NCBI GenBank assembly: GCA_001179505.1 | Contig: CDMY01000869.1 | Location: forward strand, 62,001 to 126,000 | Length of the DNA: 64,000 nucleotides | Direction: 5' to 3' | Source: Vitrella brassicaformis CCMP3155 | Lineage: Eukaryota > Protista > Chromerida | Shown: positions 1 through 13,320 of the stretch, piece after piece | How the letters are laid out: each line of letters opens with the position of its first letter | Position numbering within the stretch: the first letter of the stretch is position 1 | Position numbers and translations under genes: made by a program | Notes under the pieces: generated by a model | What the model was told of the DNA's origin: nothing | The model's database searches: none | The model's input: only the letters and a program-made list of their open reading frames with translations

Positions 1-1843
1 ACGTACATTTTCCCTTGGCTCCCTCCTCTCCCTGCGTGGAATCTTTTTGGCATCGAAATGAGCAGCAATCCTCATTTGCGCTGCAGGGTGCGCCGTGATG
101 GCTGCATCCAGCGGATGGAAGACAATGGAAGTCCCGTATGTTTGTGGGTCTGTCTGGTGGGGCAATCGAGTTGCAGTGTGCGGGGTAGCACACATCCACG
201 CGAGGCGGCAGCTGCTGGCCGTCCTCTGCATGGGCCTCCTCGGGACTCACAGACACACCACACTTCTGACCAATGTGGGGTGCGCCTGCGTGCAGGCCCA
301 CACAGACCGACAGACAGACAGACAGAGACAGAGAGACAAATGGATTGCCGATTGTGGATGGCTGGGATCCATCCATCCATACATTCTTGGCTGTGTGCGA
401 ATGCCCTGAGTGTGCGCGAGCAGCAGATTTCGTGGCCCTTGTCTGTGTGCGGCCGGAAGCCGCCCGGCACGCAGCACGTGAACTTGACACACTTGGTGGG
501 ATCCTGCTCGTCCACCTTAATGCACACCGCGTTTTTGGCCCCACCCTCCTTGTGCGGATAGCCACAGCAGAGGTTTGACTTGTCCATCTCCTCTGCCGAG
601 AAAGACAGGTCTGTCTGACACTCCCGGCCCTTGCTTTGGTGCTCTGCATCAGAACCCCTCTCTGAGAGCGAGACAGACAGACAGAAGCCGGTGGGCCTTC
701 GGGGGAAGATGATGGCTCGTTTCTGCTTTCACCAGCCTGCTGTTGCTGCTCCGCTGCCGACGTGTCGCTGCCGCCTTTCATTTGCAGATTGGTGTCTGTC
801 CTGAAGCTGAACTTGTACCCCTCAAGCTGAGGTGGACTAGCCTCGTTCTCCGTCACGAACACGCTGGTGTCTCCAACACCTTACGGACGAGACAGAAAGA
901 TGACACACACGTAGATGCATACAATATGTAGATGCATACGCACGCACACACGACGTATCGATGTAGATCGTCTATGTGTGCAGTCGGCCGCGTGCCTCAC
1001 GTACTCACTGACATTTTTGCTCTTTGCAGAGGAAGCTGCAGCACTCCCAGTGACGCGAGCAGCTCTGGCCGCCGTTCTTGCAACCACTTATTGGCGCACC
1101 TGGACAGAGAGACATGTAGACACAAAAATACATATGCAAGGACAGGCAAAGCATGCAGCCACCTCAGCCCCGGCTTGTTGCTCACATACAGCGGTAGTCT
1201 TCCATTGTGCAGACCCCAGCAACGCAGGAAGGATCCCTCTTGCCCTACAGACAGGCAGACAGACACAGGACATCCAGCCGGCCCTTGCCGCTGGCTGCGT
1301 GTGACGCGCTGGTTCGTCTGACAGCAACCTTACACACCTACCTACCGTCTTCGGATGACACCGGTCGCCGACTGCGTGAAGGCATTGACACGTGGAATTG
1401 GACTTGCACTCCACTGCGCGGCTGCAGCACATACTTTGCAAAGCGGATGGGTCAGCTGTCTTGTCCTTGGTGAGTCTGAGCGGGTCAGATCCTCCCGGGA
1501 GACAGCACTGGAACTCCGCACACTCCGACCCATCTTGACCGTATCGAATGCACACTGCGTGTTCCTTCTTGTCGCCATCATCCCGGGCGATGCAGACCTT
1601 CTCACACGGCAATCCGCCTTCCTGGGACATCTGCTCTTGTGTGAAAGTAGGACAAGGGCCCGGGACATCATGCCTCAAAGCCCGCTGCCATTCCGCGTTC
1701 CGCCGTTCCAGTGTCCGTGACCGGCGTTTCACCAAGACCGTAGAGGCTGCCCTGTAGAATCGCATCCGCTGCCAGCCGGCCACGCCCATTATGGGGAACA
1801 CCACAGCAACGTAGGTGGCCTTGATGCAGCACAGCAGACGCAT
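1..1843 (-). CDS. Secreted cysteine-rich protein with two large internal repeats, each ending in a knottin-like C-C-CC-C-C motif; multi-exon, 3' end runs off the window
   Basis: Hand splicing of about 6 exons at GT-AG sites keeps one frame open. Hydrophobic leader MRLLCCIKATYVAVVFPIMGVAG. Repeat 1: AVCIRYGQDGSECAEFQCCLPGG...MCCSR...GCKNGGQSCSRHWECCSFLCKEQKC. Repeat 2: AVCIKVDEQDPTKCVKFTCCVPGG...ICCSR...GCSHHGAPCSANEDCCSFRCQK...KC. Confidence 0.75.
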
Positions 1844-1927
1844 TCCGGGGTGCACATGCACTGGCAGCTACATGGGGGCGGGATGTGGGCTCCTAAGACA
1901 GACTGAGACTGCGAGGAAAGAGGCTGG

Positions 1928-4618
1928 ATGAGCATCATTTTGCTGCTGTCCTTGCTATTTGCATCTCAGCATGCAGGTGCTCTTGACGTGTTGAGACAAC
2001 AGCTGGGACAAGCGGCCCCAGATCAGAGTTCAGAAGCAGTGGAGACCACCCAGCAGGAGACGCCAAGTGTGGAGCTGCAGCTTGTAGCACCTTTGATGGA
2101 GCGAGAGGTGTCTATGACTCCTCTAGGGAGCTCCCACAGCCGAGTGCCGCCGTACACGCGCGGCACCTATCCGCTATCATTCTTGGCGGCTGTCAAACGT
2201 CTGGTAGGAGCCATTAATTATCCATGTAATCCATATAATTATCTTTCAAACTACCATCAGGTGAGGAGGAGCATTCTCGAGTCTGTCGAAGGCGGTCGGG
2301 TGTATCAGAGACTGATCAACGCCCGTAAGAAGACTCGGCAGCTCTCAAGAGACATGGATAGCATCTTTGACAATTTGGCCCTCTATGAGCGTCAAGGGCA
2401 CGCAGGCGAGGTGAACGTCCCTGTACGTTTCCTGGCCGGGAGGGGTAAGGCTCAAGCAAAGAAGAAGGAGGAGGAGAAAATCAGCGCTGCGGAGGAGGAC
2501 CAAGTCGCGAAGCTAGCGGACAGTCTTGGGGCAGCGATTGAATCCCGAGACAAGGAGAAGATAACTGCTGAGGAAGAGGAGGGAGTCGAGAGGCTGACGG
2601 ACAGTCTTGGGGCAGCGATCCAATCCCGAGAGCAGGAGAACATGAGCGCTGAGGAGGAGGAGGAGGAGGAGGAGGGAGTTGAGCATCTGGTGGATAGTTT
2701 GGCGGCCGCGGTCGCTCGACACAAGGGAGGTGGAAATGACAGTGGGGAGAGGGAACGCAGTGCCGACAACACTGACAAGGACGTAGACCGTCTCGTAGAT
2801 GTGCTGGCCGACGTGATGGCCGCCAACAGGGCCTCAAAGCGGGGTGGTAGCCCGCAGAGCTTTACCAACATGACCGCCGTAAGTAAAAGTGACACCAACG
2901 CTCACTCACGTGGTACTTACTGTACATGCAGCCATTGCATGCATTGCCTACCTATGTATGTACGTACTTGTGCGTCGGTTGCTGTTTCCTTTATTGTGCG
3001 TCTCGCTTCTCAGTCGATGGCTCATGCTGGTGTGGCCGCCAGAGTGCTGCTGGATCTGCAGAAAGCCCCTTGCAGCCAACTCGCATGGCACGCCGTACGT
3101 GAGACGGGCACGTCAACTGTCGACACGCAAGTGAGTGAGACACGGGCCCTTCTCCCCTCCCTCCCTCCCTCCCTGTATCTATCTCTGTATGTATGTATGT
3201 ATGTATGTTCATGTTGGTGTGGTGTGTATGCATTGCAGGTCCTGCAGCGCTTCGCGTCGTCCCTGGCCACATCGATGGCGAAAGGGCTCCCCCTGCCACA
3301 CACAAGCCCTGCCACAAACAAAAAGAGGCTGGACAAGAATGCCTTTATGCGGTGCTGAAACAGTGCAACCACCGTGGCGTCTGACGATTGTAAGTCCGAA
3401 AAGAGGCACGCGGCCGGCACCCTCGCGATCGATCGATTGGGGTGTGTGTGTGTACAGGTCATTGGGTGCATGTCATGCGAGACACCCTGGCCTCTGTGAA
3501 AAATGAAGATGCGTGGATGGCCTTGTTGCAGGCCGCTGAGAGACACACTGACGCCGATGTTTCTCACCCTGCCTCCCGTGCCCCCCCTGTCCTGGCGCGT
3601 TGGCGCTCGCCGCCACACAAAAAACCCACACCGTCCAGAGGATCCTCGACAACGCCGCCCGACGATTATCACAAAGACCCACACACGACGCCAGCCTGGT
3701 GCAGGCCTGGACGCGCCACGCGGGCAAGTTCGTGTCCACAGATGGGCCGCCGTCACCAATCGGTGCCCACGGGGCTAAAGACAACAATCTGTCGTCACGA
3801 ACTCAACAGCTTTCGGAGACACATGGCGCAGTCCCTCGGCTCATCGTGTCGCCTCGGCCAGTGGATGGTGCCCTCCTCCTCGACTTGGCCCCTGGCATAG
3901 TGGACGCCATACGAGCGCATTACCTTGGCCGGGGAAAGATGGATAGTCTGCCGCACAAAGTGTCGCTGCTGCAGCTGGCGGCGGAGGACGACACAGTACC
4001 GCATCAACGAAAGGTAGGTAGGTAAGTACCGACCCGACCTGGGCTGGCTGTGGCACCTGCGTGTAGGAGTCGAGTGGTATTTCTTTGTGCCTCTTAATTT
4101 CTTGACAGGTCATCGAAATGTTTCTGGCCAAATTCTACGGGGCTGACCAGCCACGACGCCGAGCGAAGAAGATACTCGACAAGGGGAATGACGAACGCAA
4201 AGACAAGAAAGAAAAAGTCAAAGAGGAGACCAAAGACAAGGATGACGAGCGCAACAAAGCGGTCGACGAGGGAAGCAACCGACCAACGACGGGCAGCAGG
4301 ACACCGAAGTCGCAAGATACAACGGCCCCACGGCGAGAGCAGACGCCAGCAGCAGCAGCAGCAGCAACACGAGAGACCACCCAACAGGAGACGCCGCATG
4401 ACCAGGGCAGTGGCAGCGATCTGTTGCGGCAGCTGGTGCGGGAGATCCAGAGCTTCATCAGAGAGGAAGTGAGCAAGGCGTTAGGAGGGCAGCCATCGAT
4501 GGCTGAGAGAGTGAGACGAGCGCGAGGGCGGCTGGAGACATCGGGTGAGCAGTCTGCATATACAGAAGATGATATAATGAAGCTTCTCAAGGGTGCCACC
4601 ATGCGAGATGAGCCTTGA
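1928..4618 (+). CDS. Hypothetical secreted protein with about 4 acidic helical repeats; multi-exon
   Basis: Signal peptide MSIILLLSLLFASQHAGA. Long first exon, then spliceable exons near 3238, 3458, 3639 and 4109 ending at TGA 4616-4618. Repeats resemble EKISAAEEDQVAKLADSLGAAI. Confidence 0.65.
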
Positions 4619-5449
4619 CGGATGCATGCATGCCCCCGTGGAGGAGGCCGGCCGGGACACGCTTTGGTCTTGTTTGGTGGGTGGATGGATGAATGCGGGT
4701 GTCTCTGTCCGGCCGGGGTTGTTTGTATCTCCCGCTCACCTGCACCGCACTGTCGTTTCTGACCCCTGTACAGTACTTGCTCAATATGACCCTGTCTGCA
4801 GACAGACAGACAGAGACAGACAGACATGCCTGCACAGAAACTTCAGGATGGGAGGGATGCAATCCATCATGTGAGGGAATCGCGTCGTCGGCCATACCAG
4901 ACTGAGAATACCAGATCCCATTAGAACTCTGAAGTCAAGCAAGTCTATAGGGCCGGTCAAGTACCACTGTCGGGGACGGAGTGGGAACAACTCGGTGTTG
5001 ACGTCCTATTTCCAACCACTCTCCAAGTCTCTCATGTCGGCTGGATGCACTCATCGTTTGTCTGTATGCATAAAAGCACTTGAATACATCCAGGACAACT
5101 GCTAGCTGTTGTCATTCGTCTGTCGATACGTCGCCTCAAACACGGCCACACAAATGGGGCCACATGGTGGGTGCCACACACCCCAGTGGCACACACCGCA
5201 CTCATGCAATGCAATGCAATGCAATCATAAACCGACCGACACTTGCGTAGATAGATAGATGCGCACAGACACACACACACACACACACACGTGTGCAATG
5301 CCATAAATGCATGTGGATGGATGGAATGGCTACATGACACCCCCCACATGTGCCGGCATCGCATCCGTACACACACTCTGGCCGATCCATCCACCACTCC
5401 CCCACCCCACCCCTCACTCTTCTCTAGAGCCAGCTAGGTGGTAGCGCAG

Positions 5450-8400
5450 CTACAGGTTGGCGGATTTGTTGCGGGGGATCAGCGATCTCTTCATGATGTC
5501 CTCCTCGTGGGCTTTGTAGGTCTTCGCATCCAGAATCACCACGAATCCCATATCCAAATCAAACCTGCACACGGACGGGAGGGACCAACACATGCATGTG
5601 CGCACACACACACATACACACACATACTCACATCACATCAAAGATCGACAATATGAACTTGCTGTCCATGCGTGTGTGTCCATGCACATTAGGTATGTGT
5701 GTGCGTACCGGAGCCAGGGTTCGGTGTTGTTTTCGACTAGGTCCACGAGGTGGCGGAGGTTCTTGACGGGAGTGCGGTTGAACTTCTTCAAGATCACCTG
5801 ACAACCACACACACCACACACACACACACGCACGGTGAGAATGTCTGTCTGTCTGTCTGTCTATTTGTCGTGCGCGGTGTGCGTTGCGTTGCGTAGGTCC
5901 GTACGTTTCTGATCTTCTCGAAGCCTGCTGTGGATTCGTGGGCGAGTACGTGTGAGAGCAGCACCACCTGACCGCCAGGCTCCGTCAGATCACGGACCTC
6001 TCGCCACATATGGATCAGCGGACCCTACACACACAACACAACACACGCCGCACCGGTGGTGTGGTGTGTTTATCCCTCCCTGCCTGCCTGCCCCCACTGG
6101 CTACCCCCACTGGCTTACGGGTGCCTTTGTGTCGAATGTGCTGGCTCCATATTCATACTGAAGGTAGGGCTCGCTCAGCACCACAAACACGCAACCGCCA
6201 ACTATCAAGTACTCGGGCGTTGTCGGGTCCTTCAGATGCGCGGGGACTTGCAGCTGACACACACGCACACGCACACATGAACGCACCGCACAGGTCGATG
6301 GATGGATGGATGGATGCAGGTGGGAGGTGCACAGGCGGCCACCTGCAGTGTGTCGATGGGGAGAGTGACGGTGTGTATGGCGCTTTCGCGCATCAGCACT
6401 ATTTCAGCTTTGTCGCCCACAAACTTCTGGGCAAACAACCAGCCGTAGTTCACGCGCTCACCAGAGCTGACACACGACAAGTACACACGACACGAGCAGT
6501 CCACAGAAATGTGTGTGTGTGCACACGTGTGTGTATGTGTGTGTGTGTGCTGTTGAATTGCTCACGGAATCTGTATGGTGGCGTCTAGATTGATGTCGTG
6601 GTTGTCGACCTGCAGTATGATGTCGTCGAGCTTGATCAGACCCGCAGCTGGCGACGCTGCATGAACCTGAACACACACACACACACGGGATTCACCAACC
6701 AAGAGACAGACAGGCAGACAGACAGACAGGCAGGCAGGCAGAGGGCAGCAACCCCAGGTGGCTGACCTTGCTGACGATGACGCCGTGGTGTCCTTGCTTG
6801 TCGGTGAGCCCCAGTGCGCGCCGCATGTCCTGATTCTCGAGCGTCTTGACGGAGAAGCCAGGGTCCCCGAAGCCCGTATAGCGGCCGTTGCGTTGGCAGT
6901 CGGTCAGAAAGTGCTCCACCACACTGATGGGGATGACGTACCCGATGTTCTCGACATCCTCTGATGGATGGATAAATGGATGGATTGACACACACAAAGA
7001 CACGTATGTATGTATGGGTTGATGCCTGCAGGTGGGCGGGTCGGTCTGTCTGTCTGTCTCTCTGTCTGTTGTGGCGGGTGGTTTGTGGCGGGTGGTTTGT
7101 TCTCCACAGACCTTCCTGCAGAGATGAGAATGCGATGCCGACACACTCCTTGTTCTTGTTGAGAGCCGGGCCGCCCGAGTTGCCTGGCGGATACGAGACA
7201 GGCACACACACTTCACACACATGGACAGGACAGTAGTACATACAGTCAGTACCTGGGTTGATGGCGGCGTCTGTTTGTATGACAAGGAGCTCTGCCGACA
7301 TGTTGTCGTAGGGCATGGTGGTGATGCGCGACACCACGCCCTGTCACATACATTCACACAATACATACATACCATGCCTGCCTACGTCGGAAGGACGCCC
7401 AGCCAGCCCAGCAGACTCCCATACATGTGCCCTCCCTGACCGACCAGCGTCACAGAGGTGTTGTCGCCGCCAGTAGGGAAGCCAACCACAGTGACGGGCT
7501 CCTCCATCGCAATCGACTGCGTGCAACGCACCGGCTGGAGGCCTAAACACACCCATCACACACACACACAGGCAGGGAGGCAGGCAGACAGGGAGGGAGG
7601 GAGATGGTACCACCCACACCACCCCACACCGCGGCAAGCCAGTCAGCAAAGCGTGCATGCCATGTGTGCAGACCAGACCTTGCCAGAAGGTCGTGTCCTT
7701 GACAGTGAGGAGGGCCAGGTCGCAGTCGGGGCCCACGAACAGCACCCTGGCCTCGTACTTCTTCGGATCCGTCTTCTTCTGAATCACACACACAGAGTAC
7801 AGCACAGCACAGAAAAGGTGCAGAGCAGATCGACAGCCGGCCATTACATCATCCTATCCGGGTGTGTTGTGGTGTTGTACCTGCACTTGCACGAGTTTAG
7901 CGTGTTCCACGGCGTGTGCATTGGTGAGGATGGTGGGGACGTGGTCGATGACGCCGACCTTGGCCTCGCCCTCGTCGCCAGCACCACCAGTGTTCATCTT
8001 GTCCTCCCAACCCTCAGGGACGCCTACACACACACACACACACACACACACAGAGGGAGGGGTGTCGATCGATCTGCCTCTGTCGGTGTGCGTGTCGCGC
8101 TTACTGTATACGAATCCTGTGGCTGTGCTCTGGAACTGCTTGAGGTGGGTCCACGGCTGGCCGTGGCGTGGAGGCCCCTGCGCACATACACACACACACA
8201 CACACCAGCGAATTCACCAATTCCACCCCCCCTGTTGATAGATCCATCCATCCATCCATCCATCCATCCCATCCACCCGATGGTGGCCAGGCCCCTTGAC
8301 TGAGTAAGTCACTCACTCACGTGTGTGCAGTGGAGTTTGAGGATGGAGGTGTGGGTCTGCGCCAGCCCCTCATCCGCATCACAGTCCGACAGGTGGGACG

Positions 8401-8569
8401 AGGCATTGCTGCGCCGCTGGTGCAGGGAGAATACTTGCAAGTTGGACGCCATCAGACCCTCACCGAATTCATTGCTCGTGTCGTGACGCGGCTTACGGGC
8501 CAGATTGCCCGCAGTCTTCAGCGGAGAGGCTGCGGTGGCCACACACACAAATATCGAGGGAGGCATCAC
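5450..8569 (-). CDS. Deg/HtrA-family serine protease with PDZ domains (Deg2/Deg9-like); multi-exon
   Basis: Catalytic triad motifs ILTNAHAV (His), GPDCDLALL (Asp) and DAAINPG/NSGGP (Ser). Also ENIGYVIP, followed by PDZ-region exons ([39 protein letters not shown]). Stop TAG at 5450-5452. Confidence 0.92.
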
Positions 8570-8949
8570 ATTTATTCTGTCGCCTGGGAGCCTAGCTATA
8601 TGTGGTTGTGCCCCAGCAGCGCGTCCTCACCAGGTCGCTTCTGTGGCGGTTTCTCACCTCCATGGTGAGCAGTACTCATCAGCTGCCAATTACCAAAATC
8701 TATCGAACGAGGACGAAGATCACCACGCTGATGAGCCCTTCCCTTCCCTCCCCTCCCCTCCCCTCGTCGAGCTCGCAACTCGCGGCGAGGCAAAAGAGGA
8801 GAGGAGTTGGTGTGCCCTGCCAGCTCTCACTGCCCACCCGCTGCCCACCTCTCGGCGGACACAACCCGGCCGCTGCTGGTTTGTTTGCATCACATCACAC
8901 CAACAGCTGTCTGTGTGTCTGTACGTGCGGTGTGCGTGAGGAGTGAGGG

Positions 8950-10530
8950 ATGGCGTCACAGAGCAAGGAGAAGCCCAAGACGCCGGCGGAGATCCTCACC
9001 CATGCCCGCAACCAGGCCTTTCGCGGCGGCATCGCCGGTGCGAGTGCTCAGGTCATCAACGTGCTGTCCCTCATGTGGCTGCGGACCACCATGAATTATC
9101 AGTATCGGTACGGCAGCAACACCTTCCAGGCCATCGGACACCTCTGGGCAGAAGGTACACACACACAGATCAACGCCATGTGGCATTGCAACGGACCAGT
9201 GTGTGCGTGTGTGTTGTCTGCACCCCACCCATCCCAGGTGGGATCCCCCGTTTCTACCGGGGATTGGTGCCGGCGTTGATGCAGGCCCCCCTCTCGCGTT
9301 TCGGCGACACGGCGGCCAACGTGGGAGTGCTGGCCCTCCTCGACAACACCGAACAGACCAAGAACATGCCCGTGGGCATCAAGACGGCACTCGCATCCTG
9401 CGGCGCCGCCTTCTGGCGGCTCTTCCTCATGCCCATCGATGGTAGGGACATGACACACATACATGCGCACAGTACGGGTGGGCTGGTGGGCTGGTGGGCT
9501 GGTTGGGGTCAGAGTGCCCTGACTGACGGCCTTGTTTGTGTGTGATTGATTGGTTGGTATCAGCGTGGAAGACGGTCAAGCAGGTGGAGGGCGGCGAGGG
9601 GCTCAAGGCACTTGTCGGCAAAGGTACTTGCTTGACACACATGCCCAGCAGACCACAGGAGTGATTGATTTGGTGTGCTGTGGATGGTTGGTCCATTGAC
9701 TGCTCCATGCATGCTGCAGTTCGGACTCACGGCATCACCAAGTTGTACCACGGCAGTTTGGCAGCGATGGGTGCCACGTGGGTGGGGCACTACCCGTGGT
9801 TCTTCACCCACAACTACATGTCCACTCACATGCCGCAATTCGACTTCTTATACGGTCGGTACACACACACACATATACGTACTTGGGCAGCCACACATCT
9901 ATATGTCAGTCATGTCCACCTATACAGCTGTACAATCAATCACCTGACTACACGTGTGTCTTGTCTTGGATGTGTGTGATGTGGTGTGGTGTGTGTGTGT
10001 TTAGGCAAGTTCGTGCGGAATGCGGTGATAGGGTTCGCGTCGTCTGTGGTGTCGGACACGTGCTCCAACTCCATCCGAGTCATCAAAACCACCAAACAAA
10101 CCTCCACAGTAAGACCACACGACCTATCTCACCACACACCAACGATCAGATCAACCCATTCCTCTCTCTGTGTGTATGTGTTGTGTTGCCACCCACCCTC
10201 TGCAGGTGCCGTTGTCGTATCGTCAGGCGGTGATGGAGGTGGTCAACAAAGACGGCATTCTGGGGCTGTTCGGCAGGGGACTGGCCACACGAATTCTCAC
10301 CAACGGACTACAGGTATACACCCACACGCCCACCTGTCTGTCTGTCTACTCACATAGCATAGCCAAACAAAACACGCGCAACTCAACTGCATCCATCGTC
10401 ATTCGGACCCCCGTCTGGTCCGCCTGTCTGTCTGTCTGTTCTTCGATCATGAATGCAGGGCATGTTGTTTTCTGTGGGTTGGAAGGCCATTCAGGAGATG
10501 CTCAACAAGAGGGCGGGAGACACCAAATGA
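8950..10530 (+). CDS. Mitochondrial carrier (SLC25) family protein; about 7 exons
   Basis: Three carrier repeats: [14 protein letters not shown]...[23 protein letters not shown]...KLYHG and [13 protein letters not shown]...GLFGRGL. Stop at 10528-10530. Confidence 0.9.
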
Positions 10531-12132
10531 TAGATAGACAGACAGACACGTGAATGCATTCATTACGTGTACCCATGTGTGCGTGCCGTCAAGAAGCAAA
10601 GGAGCGGCGCGGCGCTGGGGAGGGGTGTATTTATTCGATTTTGATCTGCCTGCATCCCTCCGCCTCTCTTGTCTGTCTGTCTGTCTATCTATCGTGTCTC
10701 TCTCCTTTCCTCTGATGTACCAAAATGGCACTTGGAGGCACACCGATGCACTCAGTCATGCCGGGTTGCTCATGTGGGCAAGTCGGGGGCGGGTGGATGG
10801 ACGGAGGGCTGGCTGATCGACTGACGTATGCCTGCCTGCCTGCCTGCCTGCATGGATTGTTTCACGCGTGTCGGCCTGCGTGTCTGTGTGTGCCGGCCGG
10901 CCGCCCTTCCCCGCCCGACTGCTTGCCTGTGTAAGGGAATATTGAATGAAGTGTGTGCGAGTAGTTTGCAGTCCGAAAACCGTGCTGCGAGCCACGGCCG
11001 TGCTATGCATGTCACCCTCGAGCCATTTTTTCCACATGTATCCTACCATGCATGGATATGAGTTGGAGGCTCGAGGGGCAGGCAGGGCGGCTGGCTGCAC
11101 GGACATGCACACGTACCTACCTGCCTACATGGATCGGATCGATGGCTGGGCTGGGCAGCCTCCTCTCTGTCGTGTGTGTCATCAGATGAGGTAGGGAGGT
11201 AGGTGGGTGGGATGGGACAGTCATGTGACGTATTCCAGCTGGGCGGACAAACAAGGTAGGGGCGTAAGGCGTGGATCAACCGATGGATGGATGGATGTAC
11301 ATTATTAGATGGACAAACGTGGGTGCACGTACGTACATGGTCTGTCTGCCGGCTGGTGAGTCATTGATGTCTGTCATGTGCACCTAATGCCATCTTCTCT
11401 CTTTTCTCTCCTTCTGTGCCTGTCGGTGTGTGAGGGCACTGATGTGGTGGGTGAGGTGAACAGGGCAGGTGGCTCATGCAGATGCATTGAGCCACTTGCC
11501 CCACGTGCGTGTGGACGCCATACGCACATATGCGCAGACGTACATGCATACACACACGATGAGAGAGTCAGTTTTGTTACGTACGTCATCGGCTGACGGA
11601 CGCATTGACTGACTGACTGACTGGCGAGTGGAGTGGATGAGAACATAAGGGAAGGGGGGCTTCTGTACAGCGACGCGATTTTTCGTCATTCCTGAGGGAG
11701 GCTGCATGGCATGGCATGGCATCTATGTGACTGAGATGATTTTGGCAAAACATCTGACGTGTCCGCCAATGCGACGACATCTGGTGAGGATGCGACGCGT
11801 GTGATATGGCGTGACGGACCCTTGGTGTGTGTAGCCTCACCTCAACAGTGTGACTGTCTGTTAGCTATTGGTTAAGGCAGAAAGCCCTCCTCACAACACA
11901 CAACAAATAAAGGGGCGGATACGCAAATGCACACATCAATTCCATTCATCCATTCATCGGTCTCTCTCCCTCTGACTCGCATTGCATTCATTGATGGATG
12001 GATGGAGTCATACACGTGACGTCAGCAAAGACTGTACACACCACGCCAGCCACGCATAGAGAGAGAAAGGAGGCAATCCATCCGTCCATCCATCCATCAG
12101 ATACAGCAGTGCACCAGAGTAGTCAGTCAGCC

Positions 12133-13233
12133 TCATCCCGGCTGCTGTGGGAGGGACGGTGTCTGCAGGGCCCTAATGGCTGCCTGGGCCTGCCCCTGGT
12201 TGGGCGCGGGGAGGCTGGACTTTCTGCCGTACTTGTGGTACCTCGACAGCCGAGCCAGGATGTTGTAGTGCCGTTTGTCCCGCTCGTATGACTGCCGGTA
12301 GGTCTCCTTGAGTGGCCCCTTGTAGCGCTTCTCATCCAAATACTCTGGGGTGGGCAACACACACACACACACAGCCGGATGATGACACGTGTGTGACCAT
12401 CTGACTGGCGTGGGAGTCTGTGTGAGTTACGGACGTTGGTAAAGGTTTCTGTGTTTGTCGTCGAGTTGTGGCTCGGGGACCGGTGGCGGCATGGCGCACC
12501 CCGACAGCTTAGAGATCCGCACACACTCGCCAGTCATCGTGTAACGCCGCTTCACGCGGGTCGGCTTCCTAACACACACAGACAGAGAGGAGAGGAGGCT
12601 GGACGGCCCACTGGCAGCACGTGTGTGTGTGTGTCCGGCTGACTTGATGACGGGGTCGAGTATGGCGACGTTTGTGATGTGTATGGGCAGCTCCACCGAC
12701 AGCATCGACGGCTCGCCGGGCAGCGGACGAGGATTAAAGAAATTCCGCTTCTGCAGTGCACACACACAGATGACCAAACGACTGACTGACGCTGTGTGTG
12801 TTGGTCTGGCTTAGCTGAGCTGAGCTGCCCCGGGAGCTGACCATGTTGCAGCCGTCGACGATGCAGGTGTTTTTGTCTTTGTCAATGGACAGCACCACGC
12901 CCCTCTTGCCCTGGTCCCGACCATGCAACACCTGAACCTGATGAGCCATGGCAGCAAGAAAGAAACCGAGGACAGACACATACAATGGTCGCCATCCCGC
13001 CCTCTTGGTGTGTGTGTGTGTGTGTGTGTGTGTGCGGCTGCCAGACTGACCAGGTCGCCCACTTGGATGTTGAGGTAGTAGGAGAGGTCGATTTTCTTGA
13101 CGGGACAGTACTCTTTGAGCGGTTTGGGAATGGAGCGCTCTCGGCTGGTCTGCAGGAAGGTCGGCACCCACGGCGGCGCCACGCGCCGCTGCAGCGCCTT
13201 GGCCGCCATACGAGCCTTGATGTAACGAGTCAT
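12133..13233 (-). CDS. MRPL24: Ribosomal protein uL24, organellar (probably mitochondrial); multi-exon
   Basis: KOW motif IQVGDL/VQVLHGRDQGKRGVV, then IVDGCNM, ELPIHITNVAILDP and KPTRV...VRISKLSG. Confidence 0.85.
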
Positions 13234-13320
13234 CAAACAGATATCAACCAGGAGAAGGGATCAACACTCAGAAGCCAAGATCTGCAAAGGCAGGACGCTG
13301 CAGCGGCTCACAGAAAGGCA

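Noticed and set aside
2260-2290. PEXEL/TEXEL export motif (RRSILE) in the secreted protein
   Set aside because: It does not match RxLxE/Q/D or RRLxx and is about 100 aa from the signal peptide. Such short matches arise by chance.
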